From the NCBI GenBank assembly GCA_030153785.1, contig JASKLF010000008.1, positions 23,753-87,752 of the forward strand: a stretch of DNA of 64,000 bases, given 5' to 3'. Positions 38,146-45,799 of this stretch are shown here, in pieces (the stretch's first letter is position 1; every line of letters starts with the position of its first letter). Origin of the DNA: a bacterium. Lineage in GTDB: Bacteria > Synergistota > GBS-1. The translations under genes and the position numbers were made by a program. The notes beneath the pieces are model-generated. The model searched no databases. It worked only from the letters and a program-made list of their open reading frames with translations, and had not been told where the DNA came from.

Positions 38146-38992
38146 GGTTATCTCTGTTAACTCGCTTTCAACCTCTGGTAGAAAACTTCCTACTTTTGAA
38201 CTAATGTTTTTCTTAGGAGAGGAAGTAATTGTGTTTTCTGTTGAAAACCTTGTAGGAAAGAGTATTCCACCTTCAGAATTAAGGGGTTTCGTTGAAGATA
38301 TAACGATCGATGGCATTTCTTATGTTGACCCAGGTAATTATCTGAGGCTCGGCGAACTTGTAGTAAAAGTTAAATCGGTAGGCGTTGATAGTGTACCAGT
38401 GAGCTCTAAACGAGGCGAAATTGTGAGGCAACAGGGATTGTGGTGCGAAGTTAAAAAGGATGGTAGAGTGAAAGTAGGAGATATGGTGTATGTAATGAGG
38501 CCCATCAGTGTTGGAGTTATAGTGGCAAGCGATAAAGGATCCAAGGGGGAAAGGGAAGATATAAGTGGAAGGGTAATAGAGGAGAAAATAATAGAAATTG
38601 GGGGAGAGGTTAAACACTATTTCATTGTTCCAGATGAGATTGATGTGATATCTAAGAAAATAAAGGAGTTAGCAAGTCTTGGTTGCGACCTTGTTTTGAC
38701 GAGCGGAGGTACTGGTTGGAGTAAAAGAGATGTAACGCCTGAGGCTACTATTAGAGTTATAGAAAAAGAAATTCCTGGACTGGCGGAGATTATGAGAATA
38801 GAAGGGTATAAAAGAACGCCATTTTCTGTTCTATCTCGAGCTGTTGCTGGTATAGTTGGAGAAACTGTGGTTATAAATCTTCCTGGCAGTCCCAAGGGGG
38901 TTAGGGAAAGTTTAGAGCTTTTGATGCCTGTTTTATTACACGGAATTGGCGTTTTGAAAGGATGGGACAGAGAGTGTGGAAAGATAAAATAA
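38123..38992 (+). CDS. MogA/MoaB molybdopterin adenylyltransferase with a divergent MOSC-like N-terminal domain
   Basis: The C-terminal half has SD...REDISG, VPDE, TSGGTG...RDVTPEA, SRAVAG and INLPGSP. The N-terminal half has F.EDITIDG, LRLGE and GLWCEV..DGRVKVGD, resembling MOSC. Confidence 0.8.
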   Translation: MTLLGKSKVISVNSLSTSGRKLPTFELMFFLGEEVIVFSVENLVGKSIPPSELRGFVEDITIDGISYVDPGNYLRLGELVVKVKSVGVDSVPVSSKRGEIVRQQGLWCEVKKDGRVKVGDMVYVMRPISVGVIVASDKGSKGEREDISGRVIEEKIIEIGGEVKHYFIVPDEIDVISKKIKELASLGCDLVLTSGGTGWSKRDVTPEATIRVIEKEIPGLAEIMRIEGYKRTPFSVLSRAVAGIVGETVVINLPGSPKGVRESLELLMPVLLHGIGVLKGWDRECGKIK

Positions 38993-39795
38993 AACTTGTA
39001 GTTGTAGATTTAGATGGTACTCTTCTCTCAAGGGATGGTGATGTAGAGCCACATGTTGTGGAAGAATTTAAAAGGGTCAGGGATCTCGGTATAAGGGTTC
39101 TTGTTGCTACTGGAAGATTAACGATGGCTGCACGGGAGTTTGCTAAAAAGATAGGCAGTGATCTTCCTATTATATCCTGCAATGGAGCTCTTATAGAGAG
39201 TCTTGAAGGGGAAATATTGTTTACCATGCCTATCAGCAAGGTTGTTTTGTGGGATATACTAAGAATGTTGAAAATGGTGCCAGGATTTTTCCCTCACTTT
39301 TTTACTCCTCATAGAATGCTGGCTTTGAAAATGTCTGAGGTTTTAAGGTTTTATATTAACTACGTCAAAGAGGAAATTTTAGTTGCAAGAGATTTGGAGG
39401 AAGTGTTTAGGGAAAAGACGATTCTGAAAGTTCTCCTGCTTGCCGAAACTCCTAAGTTGGTAGATAGGTATTTATCTTTTTTCAAGAACTATCTAAACGG
39501 TAAGGCTTATGTGGCGAGGTCTTTCCCTACTTATGTTGAAGTAGTTAATCCCAAAGCTAACAAGGGCACTGCTTTAGAATGGATTCTTGAAAAGCTTGGT
39601 TATAATTTAGATCAGGTTATGGCATTTGGTGATAGCGAAAATGATATAGAAATTTTCAAACGCGTAGGTTTGCCCATTGCTGTTTCTAATGCAGATCCGG
39701 CGTTAAAGAAACACGCTTATTATGTTACAAAACGCCCCTTAGGGGATGGGGTAGTGGAGGGGTTACAGCTTTTTCTGGGAGGAAAATGCAGGTAA
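38962..39795 (+). CDS. Cof-type HAD-IIB family hydrolase
   Basis: DLDGTLL, ATGR, NGA, KG.AL and AFGDSEND. The start may be GTG 38974. Confidence 0.92.
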   Translation: MGQRVWKDKIKLVVVDLDGTLLSRDGDVEPHVVEEFKRVRDLGIRVLVATGRLTMAAREFAKKIGSDLPIISCNGALIESLEGEILFTMPISKVVLWDILRMLKMVPGFFPHFFTPHRMLALKMSEVLRFYINYVKEEILVARDLEEVFREKTILKVLLLAETPKLVDRYLSFFKNYLNGKAYVARSFPTYVEVVNPKANKGTALEWILEKLGYNLDQVMAFGDSENDIEIFKRVGLPIAVSNADPALKKHAYYVTKRPLGDGVVEGLQLFLGGKCR

Positions 39796-40649
39796 TAATA
39801 TTAACTGGTCTTTCGGGGGCAGGAAAATCTTTAGCGTTAAGAAGCTTAGAAGATATTGGTTTTTTCTGTATTGATAATCTTCCTCCCGTTTTGATTCCAA
39901 AACTCGTAGAATTATCTCTTCTTTCTACAGGACTTGAAAGGATAGCTCTGGTTATAGACATACGAGGAAGAGATTTTCTTGATCATCTGAAAACGAGTAT
40001 TTCTTTTCTTAAAGAGAGGGGAATTACTTTTAAAATGATCTTTTTGGAAGCAAATGACGAAGTTATTATAAGGCGGTTCGAAGAAACGAGAAGGCCTCAT
40101 CCTCTTCAAGGAGGTCTTCTAAACATCAGGGAAGCCATAGAAAGGGAAAAAGAAATGCTTCGTCCATTAAGGGAAGTAGCAGATGTTATTTTAGATACTT
40201 CTAATATGCCCCCTTCTGCTCTTAGGAACACTATAAAAGGAATTGCAGTTAGGGAAGAATTACGACCATTTTCAATGTTTGTTGTCATATATTCCTTTGG
40301 CTTTAAATATGGTATTCCTCTTGAAGCAGATATAGTTTTTGATCTCAGATTTTTACCTAACCCGTATTACGTGGAAGGTCTAAGGAAACTAAGTGGGTTA
40401 GACAAGGATGTTAAAGAATTTATTTTTTCAAAAGAAGTAACCAGGGAGTTTCTTAACAAACTTTATGAATTGCTCGATTTTTTACTTCCAAGATACGTGG
40501 AAGAAGGAAAGAGTTATGTAAATATTGCTTTCGGCTGTACTGGGGGTAGGCACCGTTCAGTTGTAATATCAGAGGAAGTTGCTAAATATTTACGAGAGAA
40601 AGGTTATTTAAACCTCAAGGTGGTGCATAGAGACATAGGTAGAGAATGA
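39786..40649 (+). CDS. rapZ: RNase adapter / nucleotide-binding protein RapZ (YvcJ)
   Basis: TGLSGAGKS, DNLP, DIRG, RRPHPL, SFGFKYG, RFLPNP and GCTGGRHRSV. Confidence 0.96.
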   Translation: MQVIILTGLSGAGKSLALRSLEDIGFFCIDNLPPVLIPKLVELSLLSTGLERIALVIDIRGRDFLDHLKTSISFLKERGITFKMIFLEANDEVIIRRFEETRRPHPLQGGLLNIREAIEREKEMLRPLREVADVILDTSNMPPSALRNTIKGIAVREELRPFSMFVVIYSFGFKYGIPLEADIVFDLRFLPNPYYVEGLRKLSGLDKDVKEFIFSKEVTREFLNKLYELLDFLLPRYVEEGKSYVNIAFGCTGGRHRSVVISEEVAKYLREKGYLNLKVVHRDIGRE

Positions 40650-41836
40650 AGGGATGGCTATTACCAGGTATCGGTCTTAAAAGATGGATAGGAGTTTCTA
40701 TAGTGGGCGGCTTCTTGAGTGGTTTGGGATTAGGTAATCTTTTCGCCACTTACATAGATGCTTTGTTCATTTTATTAGGCTTGTTTTTAGTGGTTGCAGG
40801 CTTTCTTAAATTTTTTCTTTCTCTTGATTTTGAGCTTCGCAAAAGAGGGGTATGCTTAGAACATATATATACAGGGGAATACCGGAAAGATCCGAATGTG
40901 GTAGCAATAGGAGGGGGAACAGGCCTTTCTACCTTGTTAAAAGGACTAAAGAGGTATACATCTAATCTAACTGCCGTGGTTGCAGTAAGTGATGAAGGAG
41001 GGTCTACTGGTAGGATAAGAAAGGAGTGGGGGGGAGTAGGGATAGGGGATATCAGGAATTGCCTACTGTCTCTCGCAGATGAGAGTAATCCGTGGGTTCC
41101 TTTATTGAGCTACAGGTTTGAAAGGGGTGAATTAAGGGGGCACTCTTTAGGTAACCTGGTATTGCTTGCTCTTGCCGAGAGTGAAGGAAATTTTCTTTCG
41201 GGTGTTAATAGGTTAAAAGAGATGTTGGGGATAAAGGCTAAAGTTTATCCTGTTACTTTGAGTGATGTAAGGCTTAAAGCTTATTTTGAAGATGGAAGCG
41301 TTGTAGAGGGGGAAACAGAAATTCCCAGGGTTGGCAAAAGGATAACAGGTATGGAAATTATCCCCCCTAAGGCTTCAGTGACTCCCCATGTAGTAGAATC
41401 TATTAGTAGGGCAGATATAGTAGTTATAGGACCAGGTAGCCTTTATACGAGCATCATTCCTAACCTTTTGTTTAAAGATATGGTCGATGCTATAGTGAGT
41501 TCACGGGCAGTTAAGGTTTATGTGTGCAACATAATGACACAGCCGGGAGAAACTATAGGGTTTACCGTAGTTGACCATATCAGAGAAATAGAAAAGTACT
41601 TGGGAGCGGGAAGTATTGACTATGTAATAGTTAATATTGGAACTATCTCTCCTGAGATTCTGAAGAGATATAAAGCAGAAGGAGCAGAGCCTGTCAAAAT
41701 TGATAAGCTTGAAAATATGGTTAGACCTATTCTAGTTTATTCAGATTTGGTTTCTGAATTTGGGGAAGTGGTAAGGCATGATCCTTATAAGTTGGCCGAG
41801 TTAATTTTGAGAATTTTTAAGGAAGGGAGAAGTTAA
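40646..41836 (+). CDS. yvcK: YvcK/GlmR (CofD-like) gluconeogenesis factor with N-terminal TM helices
   Basis: GGGTG, DEGGSTG, GDIRNC, GH.LGN, GPGSLYTSI, NIMTQPGET and RHD. Confidence 0.93.
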   Translation: MKGWLLPGIGLKRWIGVSIVGGFLSGLGLGNLFATYIDALFILLGLFLVVAGFLKFFLSLDFELRKRGVCLEHIYTGEYRKDPNVVAIGGGTGLSTLLKGLKRYTSNLTAVVAVSDEGGSTGRIRKEWGGVGIGDIRNCLLSLADESNPWVPLLSYRFERGELRGHSLGNLVLLALAESEGNFLSGVNRLKEMLGIKAKVYPVTLSDVRLKAYFEDGSVVEGETEIPRVGKRITGMEIIPPKASVTPHVVESISRADIVVIGPGSLYTSIIPNLLFKDMVDAIVSSRAVKVYVCNIMTQPGETIGFTVVDHIREIEKYLGAGSIDYVIVNIGTISPEILKRYKAEGAEPVKIDKLENMVRPILVYSDLVSEFGEVVRHDPYKLAELILRIFKEGRS

Positions 41837-41838
41837 AA

Positions 41839-42675
41839 GTGTCTTTCTATACTTCCTTGAGGGAAGAAATAGTGGAAAAGCTAGCTTTAACTGAGGATGG
41901 TATAAAAGCTGAAATATCTGGATTCTTGGCTACAAAGACAGACCCCTCTCTTAAGGTGAGGTTTGATTTGCCTGCGGAAGCGAGGAAGTTCTGTAAGTAT
42001 TTGGATATTTTGCAGGAGAGACATTCGTTACGGTTTGAACCTGGCTCGGGATACGAAATACTCCTTAAAAGGTTTCCAAATTTCGCAAAGGTACCGACAG
42101 TCTATTTGAATGATACCTTGTGGGGGGACTTTTTAAGGGGACTCCTATGGGGGTGTGGTAGTATGATAAAGCCTTGGAAGGGATACCATCTCGAGATAGG
42201 CATACCTTACTATGAACTTGCTTTGTCTATCGAGGGTTTTTTGAAAAAGCGAAGTTTTATTCTTAGCCTTAGATTCAAAAAGGGCAGGTATTATCTGACG
42301 TTCAGAAACATGTCTAGTATAAGTTTGCTTCTTAAGGCCATAGGAGCTGAGCGTTCTCTTAAGAAGCTTCAAGATGTTTGGTATTTCAAAAAGATTAGGG
42401 AACGAGCTAACAGAGAGGCTAACTGTGATATTGCTAATGCTGAGAGAATAGCTTTCTCATCTCTTAAAGATAGAATCCTTATAGGTCAACTGGGTAGCAA
42501 ATTAGAGGAGCTTCCTCGTGAACTAAGAGAGATAGCTGAGCTTAGATTAAAGAACCCATCATTAAGTTTAAGGGAAATAGGGGCTCTTATGGACCCCCCG
42601 CTTTCGAAGATGGGTGTTTACAGAGCTCTTAGAAGAATAAGAAAGCTTTCTGAAAAATGGAAGGAGGTAGATTAA
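41839..42675 (+). CDS. whiA: DNA-binding protein WhiA (divergent)
   Basis: FLRG...GS...P...YHLEI, NREANCD.AN, and a C-terminal HTH LR..P.LSL.EIG....PLSK.GV. Third gene of rapZ-yvcK-whiA. Confidence 0.88.
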   Translation: MSFYTSLREEIVEKLALTEDGIKAEISGFLATKTDPSLKVRFDLPAEARKFCKYLDILQERHSLRFEPGSGYEILLKRFPNFAKVPTVYLNDTLWGDFLRGLLWGCGSMIKPWKGYHLEIGIPYYELALSIEGFLKKRSFILSLRFKKGRYYLTFRNMSSISLLLKAIGAERSLKKLQDVWYFKKIRERANREANCDIANAERIAFSSLKDRILIGQLGSKLEELPRELREIAELRLKNPSLSLREIGALMDPPLSKMGVYRALRRIRKLSEKWKEVD

Positions 42676-42677
42676 TA

Positions 42678-44558
42678 TTGTTTTTGTGGAAACCCAAGAT
42701 AAACAGTTTCGAAAAGGGGGTTTCAAAAGAATGGATTGCTCGTGATGGGAGGGATAGCTTTGCCGCCATTACACTTTTTGAGGTTCCTACGAAAGATTTC
42801 CATGCCCTTTTCTGCAAAAATGGAGAACCTTTGCTTGTAAAATTTGAAGAAAAAATTAAAGTGGGTAGGAAAGAGTGTTTTATTTCGACAAACAGATATT
42901 CAGGTGTGGTCTACCCTGATGGATACAGATATATAGTAGGTGTGGAATTTAACCCGTTTCCTACCTATATTTACTCGATAAATGAGGCGCTAGTTAAGAA
43001 GCGCGTACTGTTTGTGGGAGAAAACCTGCTTGTAAATTATTCTGTTGTTTCTTGCATAGAGCCTGTTCATTTCGAGATTTCTCCTCTTCTCCCTAAGACT
43101 TCGGAAGATTTTCCTGTGCAACATAATATAGAATCTGGGACAATAGTTGATGTTAGTAGAGATAGGTTTAAGGTCATCATAAAGGCAACTTCTGGTGAGT
43201 ATAAAGCTCGTTTCAAGATTTATGAAAACGTGGAGTACATGGATAGCGGTGAAAAGAGAGTTTTTTGGAGTCCAGGGACTTTCGTATTTTCCCTCAAGAA
43301 TGGAGAAAGTGTTACTTTAGAAGTTTCATCGCAGGCTAAATTAACAGATCTCGATTTTGATAAACTGTGGGGGATGAAAAAAAGGCTTTACAAGAGTTTG
43401 TTAGAGAGAGTGCCGTGTAAGGACGCTTTCTTATCCGCTTTGCTAAATACGGGTAGTTTCCTTGTTGTTGATAGGTCAGATTTAAAAACAATTGTTTCTG
43501 GTTATCCATCCCTCCGAGAGGACGCGATGTCAACGTTTGTTTCTCTCCCCGGACTTTTGCTTGCGGGGGGTAGATTAAATGATGCTAAGCTTTGTTTCCT
43601 TAGGTGGTTCGATTACTTTAAAGATGAAAGAGGGATTCCCTTCGAAATAATGGAGGAAAGGGGAATCTATAAAGGAGTAGACTCTACTTTATGGCTTATC
43701 TTTTCACTTGGTAAATTTTTGGCTTATACGAATGATGTTGATTTTGTGAGACCTATTTACCCTAAACTTATAGATTTCGTTGGATATCTATTAGAAAGTA
43801 AAAGAGTGGATAACGATGGTTTGCTTATTGAAGAGGATCCAAGCTATAACTGGATGGGAATAAAAGTGAATGAAGAGTTTATCGTGGAGAGAAAAGGAAA
43901 ACTTATAGAGATCAACGCTCTTTGGTATAATGCCCTTTGTCTTTTGAGGAGAATAGCCGATGTATTTAATATTAAGTATGATTATGAATTTCTTTTAGAT
44001 AAGGTTAGAGAAAACTTTATTCGAACTTTTTGGCTGGCCGAGGAAGAGTATTTCAAAGATAGTGATGAAGCGAAGGAACTTAGGCCTAACCAGGTTATAG
44101 CTTTGTCTCTTCCTTTTGTTTTTGTTCCTAAGGAAGTAGGCAGGAAAGCTCTTAACAGCGTGTGGAGACATCTTTATACAACTTATGGCTTAAGAACTTT
44201 GGCTCCTCTTGATAAAAAGTACAAGGGAAGGGAGGAAGGAGACGAGATTCAGAGAATAAAGGCACGCTTTAGAGGAATGGCATGGCCTTGGCTTTTGGGA
44301 CATTTCTTTACTGCTTTGAGAAGGTACTTTCCTGAGAAAAAACATGTATTGGAAACAATGTGGATGCCCTATACAGCCCATATAGAAGAAGGGTGTATAG
44401 GGGGAATTGCTGAGGTTTTTGATGGAAGCATGCCTTATGAAGCACATGGAGATATTTTGTATGCTCCCAGCCAAGGAGAGGTGATAAGGAGTTTTATAGA
44501 AGATGTTAGGGAAGTTAGGCCTCCCTACGAAGACTTATGGAGTGAGGAGTTAATATAG
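42678..44558 (+). CDS. Glycogen-debranching enzyme / amylo-alpha-1,6-glucosidase (GH133-like) homolog, possibly inactive
   Basis: GDE N domain (EW), GYP, SLPGL, D.TLW, RKGK.IEINALWYNAL, LRPNQ, GLRTL.P, WPWL and AEVFDG. Several catalytic motifs have diverged. TTG at 42678 follows aaggagg. Confidence 0.8.
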   Translation: MFLWKPKINSFEKGVSKEWIARDGRDSFAAITLFEVPTKDFHALFCKNGEPLLVKFEEKIKVGRKECFISTNRYSGVVYPDGYRYIVGVEFNPFPTYIYSINEALVKKRVLFVGENLLVNYSVVSCIEPVHFEISPLLPKTSEDFPVQHNIESGTIVDVSRDRFKVIIKATSGEYKARFKIYENVEYMDSGEKRVFWSPGTFVFSLKNGESVTLEVSSQAKLTDLDFDKLWGMKKRLYKSLLERVPCKDAFLSALLNTGSFLVVDRSDLKTIVSGYPSLREDAMSTFVSLPGLLLAGGRLNDAKLCFLRWFDYFKDERGIPFEIMEERGIYKGVDSTLWLIFSLGKFLAYTNDVDFVRPIYPKLIDFVGYLLESKRVDNDGLLIEEDPSYNWMGIKVNEEFIVERKGKLIEINALWYNALCLLRRIADVFNIKYDYEFLLDKVRENFIRTFWLAEEEYFKDSDEAKELRPNQVIALSLPFVFVPKEVGRKALNSVWRHLYTTYGLRTLAPLDKKYKGREEGDEIQRIKARFRGMAWPWLLGHFFTALRRYFPEKKHVLETMWMPYTAHIEEGCIGGIAEVFDGSMPYEAHGDILYAPSQGEVIRSFIEDVREVRPPYEDLWSEELI

Positions 44559-45737
44559 TTTCTCTTTTAGAAATTTTTTCCAGAGGAAGCTGATTAGCAA
44601 GGTTGATGGCAAGGATATAAGAGATATGGTTTGAAAGGAAAAGCTTATATCTCTTAAGGAAGAGGTTGCACCTACGATTATTGGTGCTAAGACGTAGCCT
44701 AAATCCATCGTTATCCAAGCCACTGCGGAGGCTTTTGGCCTTAGTTTGACAGGAGTTATGTCTGATGCTATTGCGAGTAGAAACGGGAAGCTTATCGCCA
44801 TTCCACTTCCATAAGTTATGGAAAGCAATAGGAAATGGAATTTCGTTGATGCTTTCCCCATTAGAAAGGTAGAGATTGTCATAAGAAGAAGGGAAATGCC
44901 CAGCCATCTATATCTATTAAGCCGGTTTAATACTTTGTTACCTAATATTCTTATTATTAGAGCAACAGAGGCATTTATACTCAGGAAAAAGGAAGGGTTA
45001 AGTCCTTTCTCATAAAGAAGGCTTGATGCATACATGAGAATTGTTCCATTTATTATTGAGAACGTGAGGATTGAAATTATGTAAGTGAAAATACCCCTTA
45101 TTTTGAATAGTTCCCTGTATGTTCCCCAAACTATATTTTCAGAAAGTTTGTTTTCTTCAAGCTCTATATCTTTGACTTCTTTAAGAAAAAGAGAGACAAG
45201 GAAAAAAAGTATTGAAAAAGCTAGAAACATTAACAGATAAGCTTTGTAAAGTCCGGATTTTATAAAGTAGCTTGCAATGGGTACGAAAAAGAGTTGGGGA
45301 GAAACATAGCAAACCGAGATCCAGGCAAAAGAGCCTCCCCTAACTCTTTCTGGGACTATGAGAGATTGATAAGCGGTAAGAAATACAGTGCCTATTCCAT
45401 AACCTAATCCGCTCAAAAGGCGCAAAAAGGCTATAATTTTAGAATCTGTCGTAAGGGCAAGTCCTATGGAGCTTACGATTATAAAAAAAGATGTTAGAAG
45501 AGAGGCTTTTCTGATGCTGAAACGTTCGAGTATAATACTTCCTGTAGGTCTTATAACTAAATTCGCTACATAGAATAGACTCATGAGTATTCCTATTTGA
45601 AGGGGATTAATACCGACAATTTGCAGATATATTGGATACACCAGAAACATTCCCAAATAGGAGTTCAACATTAAGGTGGAAAATAAGGATATTACAAAGG
45701 TTTTTTGCCAACGTTGTGGTTTTGTTTGTTTTCTCAT
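44550..45737 (-). CDS. Major facilitator superfamily transporter
   Basis: About 12 hydrophobic segments, a motif-A-like RPTGSIILERFSIRK, LRLLSGLG, P.RVRG and DLG...AP. It is the only substantial minus-strand gene. Confidence 0.88.
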   Translation of the reverse strand: MRKQTKPQRWQKTFVISLFSTLMLNSYLGMFLVYPIYLQIVGINPLQIGILMSLFYVANLVIRPTGSIILERFSIRKASLLTSFFIIVSSIGLALTTDSKIIAFLRLLSGLGYGIGTVFLTAYQSLIVPERVRGGSFAWISVCYVSPQLFFVPIASYFIKSGLYKAYLLMFLAFSILFFLVSLFLKEVKDIELEENKLSENIVWGTYRELFKIRGIFTYIISILTFSIINGTILMYASSLLYEKGLNPSFFLSINASVALIIRILGNKVLNRLNRYRWLGISLLLMTISTFLMGKASTKFHFLLLSITYGSGMAISFPFLLAIASDITPVKLRPKASAVAWITMDLGYVLAPIIVGATSSLRDISFSFQTISLISLPSTLLISFLWKKFLKEKLY

Positions 45738-45799
45738 GGCGATTATAATTATACCTTAAAGGGGTTCTTAATCAAGTGGATAAAGGAGGATGGATTATA

